A stretch of 63,910 bases of DNA, counting the filler, from Atractiella rhizophila (Eukaryota): the NCBI GenBank assembly GCA_021432655.1. It is 14 parts of 14 records of this genome, joined end to end, with 100 filler letters (N's around TTAATTAATTAA, not from the genome) between each part and the next. Parts side by side here need not be neighbours in the genome. Positions count along the whole stretch, not along the records: positions 22,477 to 28,575 come from MU272328.1; positions 28,676 to 30,417 come from MU272329.1; positions 30,518 to 36,605 come from MU272330.1; positions 36,706 to 42,792 come from MU272331.1; 10 more parts are not named here. The stretch is one strand, 5' to 3'. Below the pieces are notes generated by a model, which saw only the letters and a list, made by a program, of their open reading frames with translations, was not told the DNA's origin and searched no databases. The position numbers and the translations under genes were made by a program. Shown in pieces: positions 25,551-37,939 of this stretch. The stretch's first letter is position 1; the number at the start of each line of letters is the position of its first letter.

Positions 25551-25675
25551 TGCTTCTCCTCAACTTTTGATAGGGTTAGGGCAATGCACGTGAGAAAACA
25601 ACAACTGTCCCACTCCACATCTTTACCAAGTTGAACGATCAGTAAAGAGAAGGAGACGCGAAGCAACGCATCGAG

Positions 25676-28575
25676 ATGCCTCCTAAACGCCCACGACACT
25701 CAGTATCGACGACTGCTCCATCTTCGTCCGCGACAGCCAGACCAGAGAGGAAGACGCGGTCAAAGTCTTTAGGCGGAGGCAGTTTGGCGCCGCCTCAGGA
25801 AGGTGTGTTATCACCCGGCAAGCTTCGTCGCAGGTCATTGGTAAGCTTGTCCTCTGTACTATTCATCGGGTGTGAGATGTGGGATGGGTTAATGGATCCT
25901 GACTTCGATCGTGATAATGTGTAAAGGTCCCCAAACGCTCCATTCTGAAATCAACTCCATCGCTCACCTCAGTCCCACAACTGCCCTCGACTTCTGAAAT
26001 CAATGCGAACGATGATGATGATCAGACGGTCGCAATGGGGAGTTTGGGATTCCAGGGAATCAACACCAATTTCACGCAGGATTTGACGCGTCTAGGTGCA
26101 AATCATGGTGCGGAGGATGATGAAACTATGGCTATGGGGATGGGGAGAAAGAGTTTAGGTGCGAATGCCAGGAGGGTATCATTCGCCGCGAAAGCTCACA
26201 TCAGGTACGTTTACTTCTTCATACTTGGTGAAAAGATGCATGGGGTACTTTCACGATTCAAGCTTTATTGATCTTACTATCTATCCCTTCTTTCTGGCGC
26301 GTTCGAAAACTCCTAAGAATAAAGGAGTAGCTTGGACTGACTATTGCTGTGAACTTGTGCAGGCTCTTCGAGATCGAACGCCTCTCCAACTCACCCTCGA
26401 ACGCGACCTCTACCTCATCCGAAGACGCTACCTCTTCCACCCTCGAATCGAATAACAGCGCCATTTCCGGAGCAGGAGATGGGAGCATGGACATGTCCAT
26501 GGCGAACTCCACGTTCGCTCAAGGAGACCAATCTACCATATCCCAAATGTCGAACGAATCGTCCTTCGTCTCTGACGCAGGGCCTCCTCGAGACGACATG
26601 GACGAAGGAGAAAGCAGCATGGAGATCTGCAATACCATCTACTCCATGGGAGGAGGCGCCGAACAGACGGGAGATACTATGGCAAGTGCAGCAAGTGGGG
26701 AGACGACGAGCTCGAGTGTGGCAGAAGAAAGAGAGCTGGAGGCGCTCCGAAATCTGAGGGAGCGAAGGAGAAGTCTCACCGCTTTCATAGATGACGGTGG
26801 CGAGGAAGATATGAGCATGACCACGGCTCTTCCACGAGAGAGTCTCGGAAGGGCACAGGTAGGAGAGGGAAGTCTGTCGATGGAGTTGGATGAGGATGAC
26901 GCTGGTGTTCAGGAGGAGTTGGTGGAGAAGAGCGAGAGGAGAAGATCGGGGAGCTTTGCCGAGTCGCTCGCGAGGGAGGAGAGCACGATGGATATGGAGA
27001 TGACGAATGTCCATGCTGCCGCCATTGGGGAGAAAGCCTTGCAGGAACAATCCATCTCTTTTGTATCTGAGGACGATAGCATGGACATCGACGAAGAAAA
27101 TAGGACCATGAACATCACTCAAACTCTTTCAAAGGCGCTCACGGAACCCGAAGAACCCAAGGAAGAAGTAAAAGCAATTCTCGAACCAATACCCACTCCG
27201 AAGATGCAGATTCAGGACGAAGTCGACAAAGAGAACGCGGTCACTCCATCTCTCCTTTCCTCCGCTTCCCGTCGCCCATTCGGTACCTTCAAACCTACGC
27301 GTCCCTCCTCAGCTTCGAAGTCCACACCCACATATGTTCCGCCTCCGCCGCTCCCCTTCCCAAGCCATATCTTTCAAGCAAAGAGAGAGGAAGAAGAAGG
27401 AGAGGTTGGACGGAGGAGAAGGACGAGCTCGCCGAGGAGAGTGATTCGAGAAGTGGAGGAGGAAGAGATCCGCTTCAGCCCTCATCGTGTGGTACCGATA
27501 CCACCAGAACCAGCACCGGTGGAGGTATTTACGAGCATCGAAAGGGAAAGGGAGAGGGGATGGAGGATGTCAACTATTCCTGAAGTCACAGAAGTGATTA
27601 GTGAAGAGCCAACTTCGCCTGAGAAATCCCTTCGAGTGGGAGAGGAGAGCACGAGGTTCTTGGGCGACGAAACGGGCGACATGAGCAGAGTTGAGAAATC
27701 CGATGCGTACGCCAAGCTGAAGGAGAAGATTAAGCGTCTCTCCATTGGAGCAGCTCTCTCGACAGATCTCGAAGGCTCGCTTCTACCCCCACCCCCGACA
27801 ATGAAGGCAGATATCTTTTCTACGTCCCGTCCGAAGGCAAGAGCCTCAATTGCCGCCAGCAACATGGGATCCATAAGGACCGCTGGTGCGTCCAATGAAA
27901 AAGAGCAGAACAGGGGAAGAGCAAGTATCGCGACTGCTGGCGTCGGGAGACTGAAGAGTCCATCTCGACGCACACCTCTTTCCAGCAAAAGCTCGGCTGA
28001 TGGAGCCCCACGTCCTCCTTCCTCGCTGGCAAGAAGTCCGTCTAAACGATCGATGAACGAAGTCGACGCCAACTCGCGCTCGCGTTCCGCTTCACCTGTT
28101 AAGCGCGTTGGTTCCCCTGTTAAGCGTGTCCCTTCGCCTGTCAAAATGGAACTCGATGCACCCATGGCCGTTGCTACTACAACCGCCTTGGAAACTATGG
28201 AACCCGTGAAGATGAGCGAATTTCTGAAAGACGTTGTGGATTTGGATACTGCACCTGCCGCGGAGCAGGAACCGGAGATGGGAAGGAGGAAGTCAACTGT
28301 TCTGACTCCATTGAGGCGTTCGTCTTTCTTTCTTTCCCTGTGGCGGAATGACGCGCTGAGCTGATTCGGGAGAGCAGAGAAGGAACAAAAGTCCATGACA
28401 GATGTTGTCATCACCGTTGCTTGTAAAGGTTCGGACCTCGAACGGTTGGAGACAGTAAGCTTTCACTTCCTCTCTCACCCGTTCTGACCGTTTCTTTCTC
28501 CAAAGCAAAAAGAACGCGTCAGCGCTGAACTCGCCGAAGCAAATGCATTCTTTGCGAACGTGGAATCGTCAGGTG
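25676..28575 (+). CDS. SPC105: Kinetochore scaffold Spc105/Spc7/KNL1, 3' partial
   Basis: PP1-docking RSILK and RRVSF motifs, followed by MELT-like repeats (MDMS, MEIC, MSMT, MELD, MDMEMT, MDID, MNIT) in a long disordered region. Confidence 0.9.
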
Positions 28576-28675
28576 NNNNNNNNNNNNNNNNNNNNNNNNN
28601 NNNNNNNNNNNNNNNNNNNTTAATTAATTAANNNNNNNNNNNNNNNNNNNNNNNNNNNNNNNNNNNNNNNNNNNN

Positions 28676-29900
28676 TCAGCCATCCTGGACATCGAAGCTT
28701 GAGAAAGCAGGGAACGCACATGAGGCATAAGTGGTGTCTTTTGCATTGTTGACTGCAGCTTGGCGGCTTCTTTCCCGAGATCCTTTTTCTCCTTTTCCTT
28801 CCCCTTCTCCTTCTTCCCACCATCTTCTTTTTCCTTTTCTTTCATGGTCGCACCGTCCTTCTTCTTCCCATGTCCCTGCAATAAGAAAGCATACGGATCC
28901 TCTCCTTCACGGTCGTTTGATTTCTTTGATTTCTTCCTCTGAGATTGTTCCAACGCCGAACCTTGCACCAGCTCGGAAGATCTTTTGATACCTCGCTCCT
29001 GATTTTCAGTGCGGGAAAAAGAGGAAGTTAGTTGTATTGGTTGTGTAAAAGAAGAGGTGAATGGTTTGGATGGGGAGGGTAGTGAGGAAGAAGGCTTGGA
29101 AGTGGAGGGGGAATCGTCGTTAAGTCGGGAACTCACAGGTTGCGAGTTGGACAATGGTCTTGCTATCTTCCGTTTATCAGGACGGATGTTGAAGTTGTAA
29201 AGAGATGACGATTACCAGACATTTCGTACTCGACGCTGGCTGTTCGGCCGTCGCTCAACTTTCGGAATCCTTTATTCTTCAGACTGCTCCACCACTCCAC
29301 TACTATTGCTCTTGCCTGACCGTGCGGTCGTAAATTTATCCCTTCTTCTTCTGAATCAATCCGCAAGAGGACTTGGAGAGAAATTTCGTTGCTTTCTCCT
29401 ACTTGGTCCTCTTCAAGCTCGTTTGCCTTCTCGTAGACAATTCGAAGAATGGATTGCGTGTCCCTATCGAAAGTTGTTCAGATAATTGTGCGTTTAAGAG
29501 AAGATGAGGCACTGTATGAGAGCTTTGTCCGTTGCTATTCAGCGTGAAGACGATGTCAAAACTGCTTTCCGAGCAAGAAACAACAAGAGGAGCCTCACGG
29601 AACTGGAGACGCGTCGTTTAGTCAAATGTTAATGTTCAAGAAGCAATACCAACCACAAACTCCCTTATTCGCGTTTTATGTATCTTGACAAGAATGGAAT
29701 CTTCTGCCAGACTGTTGAAGCTCTCGATATCTTTCGCGAGTCCAACAAAACTATTCGTGAAAATCAAGTTGTTTCTGCCACAAGCGGTCCAGGCGCATGT
29801 ACCCTTCGAGGCTGCTGTGCTGTGTAGGATTTCGCTTGCCCTGAGAACTACGCAATGATGAGCCATCAAAGCAGCTGCATCGCGTGATGTTCCTTTGAAG
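28676..29900 (-). CDS. Hypothetical multi-exon protein with a Ser/Lys-rich region, partial; start uncertain
   Basis: Open frames (..DIESFNSLAEDSILVKIHK.., ..QSILRIVYEKANELEE.., ..PSSSLPSPSKP..KEKEK) separated by plausible introns. Confidence 0.4.
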
Positions 29901-30099
29901 CAATAAGAGTGAGCAGAACTGAACACGAACAAGGCAGCTGGCGTGACTCATAAACGACATTCCAGAACAGGTAGGAAGTGTCACCGTCAACTCAAATTTT
30001 CCACCAACATTGCAACTGCTTTCAGCTTGTCTCTGTAAGTATCCCAGTTGATTGCTTTCCGTATGAGCGCCATCTGATAATTAAACTTTAGCGGTTAAA

Positions 30100-30417
30100 A
30101 TGGTCCGTCTACAGCTGAAAGGTACGATTCTACGAGCAGGGCTCATGTCAAAAACCTGCACAGTTCGAGTGCCAAAACTTCGCTACCATCCAATAGCTGG
30201 AAAGGTCTGTCTTTCCCCTCCAAAATAGCCCTTTTCAACATTATCTGAGGAGATGTTTGGGGTGACAGGAATACACACGCCATAAGAACTACCTCGTTCA
30301 CGATCCAGAGGAGAAGGGGAAGGTCGGAGACCTTGTGGTAATTGAGCACTGCAGACCTATGTCAAGAAGAAAACACTTCAAGTTGGAAACGATACTCCAG
30401 AGCGCAACCCAGTGGGT
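30100..30417 (+). CDS. MRPS17: Mitochondrial ribosomal protein uS17m, 3' partial (not in ORF track)
   Basis: MVRLQLKGTILRAGLMSKTCTVRV..HPIAGK|EYTRHKNYLVHDPEEKGKVGDLVVIEHCRPMSRRKHF is the S17 signature. Confidence 0.93.
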
Positions 30418-32248
30418 NNNNNNNNNNNNNNNNNNNNNNNNNNNNNNNNNNNNNNNNNNNNTTAATTAATTAANNNNNNNNNNNNNNNNNNNNNNNNNNN
30501 NNNNNNNNNNNNNNNNNAACCTCTGACTTCTTGTTCTTGATGAGCCAGCCGACCTGGCCTGGTTGACTAAAAGATCCTACATAAATTGCACAGCTATAGA
30601 AATCTGGAGCCACGTTAGGAGACATGTTGGCGTACGAAGACGGGAACACTCCTTCATGTCTGGCCCACATCTTGCCATCTCCTCAAAAATGCATGCGGTT
30701 TGAAACGTGTTTAGTGAGCTCCACACATGCCAAAAAACATGGGAATGAAGCACGGGGTTCCGGACCCATCACGCCCCATTGTGCATCCCTATGGACCGAA
30801 ACACCCTTTGTCACCGGCTTTGTATGCTTTGTGAAGCCCTTGCCTTTGAGTAACATATTTATGATGGGCATAGGATACCCAACCCTGTCTCAGAAGACAA
30901 AATCCTTAAGCTTCAAGCCAGTTGCCAAGCAAAATGAAAGGATAAGCAGCAAATAATCGTTGCAAAGGAATTTGCCCCGCAGGAAGGCTCTCAAGGGACA
31001 AAGACGACTGTTGAGAAGTGTGTGGGGACAAAGTCCCCATCCTCGTCCCCTTGCCACATCCTGTGTCTTCCAACCGTCCTCCACACTTCACAATCCCTCC
31101 GCCACCTCCAGACCTCCCTCCAACACCTCTTGCCCAACAAGAAATGTCTACAGATTGAATTAATGTCATTTTGTGGTAAAAACAGAGGCATGCATAATTA
31201 TTGTGCAGCCTATACCCTTTAAGCTCTTCACTAGAGAGATGATTATGTGCTTGTGAAGAATCCTTGTTATCTCTTAGAGCATCAGTTCAAGCCTGACCCA
31301 TCAAATTACGAGAAGTCTTGTATCAAACATATCACCCATTTAGTACTAGGGCAAAAAGAATCTCCTCCATATAGTCAGCTATATGGGAACTAACTCTGAT
31401 GCACACATTCTGTGCCTTTCCATTAGGACCAAGCATTGGCATCCTAGTCCTTGCTTCAGGCAAAAGTACAGAGAAAAAAATTCATAGGCATTTATGAAAG
31501 AGTTCTCGACAGTAACACTTTTATGATCCTGCTCAGTTGCTATGTATAATGTAAGCTTGAAAGTGGTGCTAAATTAACAGGCCATTCTAAGACGCACCAT
31601 GAGGGATCGGAATGAGTCCACAAAGAACATTAGCACCTGGCTTGGAACTTGACATAGCCCATTTGAGTGATTGAGGAGATATATTCCCAGTGGCCAGAAT
31701 TCTGTATTTCCTTTCATCGAAGACACAATTTTTTAAATTGGAGGACCTTGAAGAGCAATGCAAGTTGCTCCTTTAGGGCAACACAGTCTATGTTAGAAGC
31801 AGAGAGTGAATCTACTGCCATTCATTTGTCAAGAAACATAGACCTGAGTTTCCCAAAACCAAGACTCTGAATATATGCAATTCCCACTGCTATGAATGCC
31901 TTCGTGTGTAGGTTGTTTCATGCTCGTAGGCCGGGTTTGCAAAGAGGGATGTGACAGAGATATTGACATCCACGGAAACTACTTCCCCCCTGAGGATGAG
32001 CATTTTATTGATGAAGCGGAAGGGAAAGCGCTAGCTTCGGGAATAATTTAAGGTTAGATAGGTTGTTGAATTGACCTTGGGATTTAGACAAATCCACCCA
32101 TCTACTCCTTTTCCCTTTCTGTGCCTCTTCTGTTCTTCTCGCAATTTCTGATTATTTTGCTATCAGACTTACATCATCATTCCACCCAATTCAACCCCTT
32201 GTTTCGCATTGCATCATCCTCATTGCCTCGGCCAAATAGTTGAATAGG

Positions 32249-35200
32249 ATGGCACACTTTCCTTATTCAAGGTACCCCCCCAACGCCGTTCCACCCATCC
32301 AATCGCTGCCCCACAACTCTCCAACTCCAGCCCATCCCACCTCTTCAGTCCGAACCACCTTCATCCCAACCACCACCACCACCCCAACCTCAATCAGTTA
32401 TCGACCTCAACCGCTTACTCCCCATGGCCAATGGATCCGCCGGGCTTCCCCGCTGTCCAGGATATCCTTCAACTTGGGAGGCAGAGGAATGTGGACGCCT
32501 TATCGAGGATGGATATGCCAGGTGGTAGTCGAGGGTTCACGGTTAACAGCACTGGGAATTTTGGAGTTTTGGGTAAGGAGACGGAGATGACTTGGTGTCA
32601 AGTTGGTGCGTTCTCTAATTTTTTCCTTCTTCTAACTCTGGCTCTTTCCTGGTGTTATTCTTCACGGTGTTTCTTCTTTCATTCTATTTCTCGCCTATTC
32701 TGTCCTGGGTCGCATATTCACTTTTGCCTTCCAAGTTCTATTATTCTTTCCACATTATCCATATGCAGTAAGAAACGAATATTTTTGAAATTAAGATGAT
32801 CATCCATCGCTTCAATCTGGATCACCTTGGGTGAACCTTTATCTACCACTTCATTCGGAATCGGGCTTGCCATTGTCTTCTAGACCGTTATTGTGTGCCG
32901 TAGGATCTAGATTACACATAGTAACAGAAGAGCACCTTCATTGGTAGCATCACGGCAAGAAGCTTGCTTCTTGCTTTTATAGACATGCTGACATGTTCCC
33001 CCTGATATATAGGATCTTGCTACGACACCCTGAAGAAGCCAGAGAAGGCGCTGGAAGCGTATGAACAAGCCTTGATGCACAATGCACTCTCCATCCCCGC
33101 TCTGACCGCCATAGCGTCCATAGCGCAAGCGAGGGATGATTACACAAAGGCCACAGAGCTCTTTGCCCGAGTACTTGCCCTGCAGGAGGACAGTGGAGAC
33201 GTCTGGGGTGCTCTTGGTCATTGTTATCTCATGATGGACGACCTTACAAAGGCTTACGAGAGCTATCAGCAGGCGCTTTTCCATATGAAGGATCCGAGGG
33301 TACATGTCCTCTGTTTATCAATTTTGTTATTGTTGAAGTGGATGGGGTGTTGGATGATGTAGGAGCCCAAGCTTTGGTATGGGATTGGGATCCTCTATGA
33401 TCGATATGGGTCATTGGACCACGTGGAGGAGGCATTTTCCAGCGTGATCAAGCTGGATCCTGGTTAGTTCATTCTCTCCAACTCCATTCCAAGAGCTCAT
33501 ATGGGATGGGATGGACGTGACAGGCTTTGATAAAGCGAATGAAATCTATTTCCGGCTAGGCATCATCTACAAGCAGCAGAAGAAGATGAAGGAGTCCTTG
33601 GAATGCTTTTGTTGGGTTTTGAATTCTCCTCCTAAACCTTTAACTCAAACAGACATCTGGTTTCAGATCGGCCAGCTCTATCAGCATCAGGATAAGGTAT
33701 GTCGTCCCTCTCCTCTTAACCGGTCTCTTCCCAATATCCAAGTGCTGAAGAGAGTCTTATTGGTGTGATGGACAGCTCGTGGATGCTAGAGAGGCCTATA
33801 ATAAGGTGCTCGCTCAGAATTTAAACCATGCTAAAGTCCTCCAGCACCTCGGAAGCTTGTATGCGACTGAGATAGCCTCCTTTTTCGATCCAGAGAGGTT
33901 GATCGAGATTCTGTCCAACAGCATTAACAATGGTTCGTAGCCCTTTCACTTTCCATATTGCTTGGCTGATGGTAATGTATCGTAGACTCGAACGATCCCT
34001 TCACGTGGTATCTTCTCGGAAGAGCATTTATGGCTGCTCACAATTATAATAAAGCATACGACGCCTATCAACAGACCTTTTATCAAGAAGGGAGGAATCC
34101 TGCGTATTGGTGCTCGATCGGCGTGCTCTACTACAACATCAAGCAGTAACAGGATGCCTTGGACGCCTACTCTCGAGCAATTTGAAACTATCCTTACATG
34201 TCTGAGGTCTGGTTCAACCTGGGTATCCTGTATGACGCCTGTAGAGAGGAAATAGGCGCAATTGACGCTTACGAGAGAGCGAGAGAGTTGGAGCCGGAGC
34301 TAAACAAAGAGGAGATCGAGAGGAGGTTGATGAAGATCAAGAAGAACGTCGAGGAGGGAAGGACGAGTCCGAGCTCGAGTTCAATCAACTGTCCGAGTCC
34401 GAGGGATATACAGCCCAAGAGTCCGAGTTGGAAGTTCGCCGCAATCCTCCATTGATCCTCGTCCACTTCAACCGTGCGCGCCACCTCACCTCCACCACCA
34501 CCAAACTTTCATCCGCAAACCCAACTCATGTCTTTGCTGCCCCGGAGGTTCAACTCACCTCCCCCTCCGCCTCCGGCACTCCCTCCGTCTCAGCCTCGAC
34601 AACATTCGCTACCCAGTCTAAGAAGTCAGAAGGATGGATCCCTACCTGCTTTCCGTATGCCCCCTCCGATTAAGGAAAGTAGAGGATCGACCCCGTCCCT
34701 TTGTGGAGGTGTTCCACTCCCTTCGATGGATGATAGAAGCCCGACATCCTCGTCTAGACCGACGACTGGTGGAGGGATGGAGAATGGATTCAAGCCACAG
34801 AATGGATCGCCGTGGTTTCACTCTCACTTGCATTTTCATTCTCAATCCCAATCCAATTCGGATGCCTCGAATCAGGCACATCCCCCACGTCCGGTCGCTG
34901 TCACGATGAACCAATCCAATGTCCGCGACTTCTCTCCTGTGCCCTCTCCTGCTGAACATGTCTCGATCCTCAGCGTAGTTGCTAATGCCACCGGAGGATA
35001 TAGGTGGGGAGGAGGAGAACGGGTCGTCAGCTAGCATGTCGAATGGAGGAAGGAGGAAGCAGAAAGAGGCTGGTTCTGCTAGGAAGGAATGTCCCAAACC
35101 TACCCCTGCGAAACAGAGGAAGAAGAAATCGCCGGAAGCTTCAACCCCCGTTCCACAGTCTTCTGTCCACCCTTCTCCGAAGGAGCTACAGGAGAAGGAG

Positions 35201-35710
35201 GAGTCGACTATGCAGATGGAGGTTCAGGTGCCAAGTAGGCAGGTCAATGAGGAGTATGATGAAGAAGATGCCGCTATCTGTAAAATTGTCACGTCGCCTT
35301 CTCACTCTCACCTCCATTCTTCCATTCCTCCCACGACCACTACTGCCACTTCGGTTCCTGCTTCTGCTGAGGGGATCGATGGTGGGAAGGACGAGCAGAT
35401 GGAGGAAGAAGAAAACAACGAATTGAGCGAGAGCCCGTCAGTTGAACTTCCACCTCGGCCTCCTTTCGACCGTTACACAGGGCAAGGCGGAAGGAGCGTT
35501 ACCACACCTCGCTCGGGATCTCCTCCCGCAGAACGGTTCAAAAGGAAGCGCAGCGAAAGTAACCGGCAGGATGGAGACAGTCCCCACGGCAAGAAGAGGA
35601 AATTGAAAGAAGCAAATGGCACTGTTGAGAGTCTGCCAGCGCCAATTAGTCCTCCTCGAATCCAAAGTCCAGTCCCCCCTCTAGCAACCATTCCGGATAT
35701 TCCTCAATAA
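32249..35710 (+). pseudogene. CYC8: CYC8/SSN6 TPR corepressor homolog with premature stops and frameshifts
   Basis: TPR motifs WGALGHCYLMMDDL.KAY..YQQAL, EPKLWYGIGILYDRYGSL, ANEIYFRLGIIYKQQ and DIWFQIG. In-frame stops TAA at 34147-34149 and TGA at 34183-34185; frame changes near 32430, 34450 and 35000. Confidence 0.85.
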
Positions 35711-36333
35711 CTGTCCGATATTGTCCATCTTCGTCCTTCTGTACCTCCGTTGCTACCTCCTTTAAAAGAGGAAGAGGAAGAGAACGACCGGGTGGTCATC
35801 AACCAGGGCCTAAAGTCTGACGTCCCCGTTTTTTCACCTCTCCGCCTACCCTACCCTGGCGTCGGTCATGACCCTCGAGCGATGGATGCGGCATCTGAAT
35901 CATTCTTTCTTGTGTTACCCTCTTGCTCGAGCATCTCAAACTACAGCTATCCAATCGAATCCGTCACACCATGCTCACATCCTCTTCCTCTGATTCCCGT
36001 GCTCTTTCTGCTTTTCGGATTGTCGTCTGTCTGTTGTCTGAGTTCAATTGCCGGGTTTGATATCTATCTAAGACTCTCCACTGCAGGACTTTTGCCAATG
36101 ACGTGATTACATATACATTCCAAGTGGATGAAGAAGGGAGGTGGTATCAGGAGGAAGGAAACGGAAAAAGCTTATTCAGTGCTGTGTTGCTTTTGCAGTC
36201 AAGTCGAATGTAGATTCTTGAATTTGTTGCTATATGCAATAGGTGTCTTCCTTATACATTCTGATCAGTAATGCTCCTTGTTACTCATATTATTATTGCC
36301 TTGGACAACAATTAAGGTTTGGCTAGTCCGAAG

Positions 36334-36605
36334 TAGGGAAGGCTATCGAATCGTATCGTATCGGAGCGGCCCTGGTCGATTCGTGGCGGCTTATAAGCCG
36401 TAGTCGTATCGTATCCGTAGTCGTAGCTCAAAATCAGCTTCGTTCGATATAGCCTCCGATACGATTTCAGCGTCATAGGTTGATCGGAGGTGCCTGTCGA
36501 CGATTCTCTCTTAATAGACAGTAATTGCCTGTGTAAATTGCATTATGAAATGAAATACAAGATGGTTATGGTAAAGACAAAATTCAGCTCTGCGCTTCGG
36601 CCAGA
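36334..36605 (+). mobile_element. Putative end of a DNA transposon (hAT-like TAGGG terminus with subterminal repeats)
   Basis: Begins TAGGGAAGG and carries multiple TCGTA/ATCGTATC units. There is a 12-bp inverted repeat at 36355-36366/36454-36465 and a 14-bp palindrome at 36387-36400. It runs into the scaffold end. Confidence 0.45.
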
Positions 36606-36705
36606 NNNNNNNNNNNNNNNNNNNNNNNNNNNNNNNNNNNNNNNNNNNNTTAATTAATTAANNNNNNNNNNNNNNNNNNNNNNNNNNNNNNNNNNNNNNN
36701 NNNNN

Positions 36706-37939
36706 CAAGGTCTTGAAATATAGAACGATGAGTGAGCCAGAATTGGTGTAGCTTGTCTTGCCTCTTCCAAAAATCGTTCCAATTGCTGAACAACTGTTCC
36801 AGCTTTCAGTATGTGACGAAATGGGATTGAGGAGGAAAACAAACCTTGTGGTCAAACGTTTCAGACCACCGCTCCTCGATACTCCCAGGCTCCACAGCTC
36901 TCAACCTCGGTTTCCTCACTCCATTCTCCCCCCAATTTTCTGATCGAATCCAATGATCAAAGACTCCAATCAGGTCCCTCCAGCACATTGTCATCTCACT
37001 GGTCTTCCGACTACCCGTGATGTTGTAGACATCGATTCCTGATTTCTTCTGCTTCTTGTGACTCGCCTCGTACCAAGCCAGCAGGATGCAGGCATTCACT
37101 ACCCAATCCACGGGAACGACGGTCGCGAGAGAGTTGGCGGCTGCAGGGAGGGAGCGGACGATCCCTCTTCCAGCTGCGAGAACGGGAGTGACTAGACCAG
37201 GCGCACCGTGGACAAAGCCTGGATAAGGAGTGCTTACGGAGGGGCTGATAATTGAAGGCCGAAGAATGGACAAGGGCAGATTTGGAAACTCTTGGGCAAG
37301 GTACACTTCGGTAAGAGATTGGTAGTAAGAGAACGGGTTGATATGATCTCCTAGTACCTTCTTCCGTTCTTCATCGCTTAGAGCCTCCAAAGCGAGACCA
37401 TTCAAAGCTCTCAGCTTATCTACCGCTCGTTCACCGCTGCTGTCCACTAGTTCCTCCTCCACCCATTCACCACTAGTTGGAGAAGGTGTTTGGGAGAAGC
37501 AACTGCCGACCCAGACCACTGCTTGAAGGCGATTAAAACTGGCGAGAAGTGGAGCGAGTCCAATCTGCCCCGTAAGGGCAAAGACGATTTGAACCGAAGA
37601 GCAGAGTTGAGAACGCATGAGGGAAGTCATGTGTGGATCGGGAACGGTAAGAGAGGACTGTATGAGGTGCACCTTCATGCTGGACGTCTTGGGAATGGTA
37701 GGAGTGACTGGGGGAGGTGTGGACGGTGCGTAATGAAGGTACAGGGTTGAAATACGGGGAAACTTGTTGACGAGGGTGTGGACCATGACCTCCAGTCCCA
37801 GCCATTACTTCTTGACCTTTTGGAATTACAAGAGACAACTCACCTGTCCTAGGAACCCTGCAGCACCTGTGACGAAGACAGTTTTCCCATCAAACGCGTC
37901 GGAAACGCGACCTGTTCTCCTTGCTGAATCGTAGGTCAT
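36706..37939 (-). CDS. Fatty acyl-CoA reductase-like (male-sterility extended SDR), 3' partial, catalytic motif altered
   Basis: Motifs FDGKTVFVTGAAGFLGQ, LPLSILRPSII..PYPGFV, VVPVDWVVNACI..AW and VYNITGS. Confidence 0.8.

Noticed and set aside
25487..25560. tRNA-like segment on the + strand (GGAGGCA..GGTTCGAGTC..TGCTTCT)
   Set aside because: The T-arm, D-arm and anticodon arm do not pair. It is better explained as the U6 5' end and promoter.
26415..28414. Long antisense ORFs (235 and 310 aa) opposite SPC105; similar ones opposite SPE3-LYS9 and UTP6
   Set aside because: These are shadow frames of real coding sequence with no independent motifs.
30071..30102. Divergent start codons only 26 bp apart (minus-strand ATG and MRPS17)
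   Set aside because: The minus-strand ATG frame stops after 28 codons, and I could not link it confidently to the downstream hypothetical gene.
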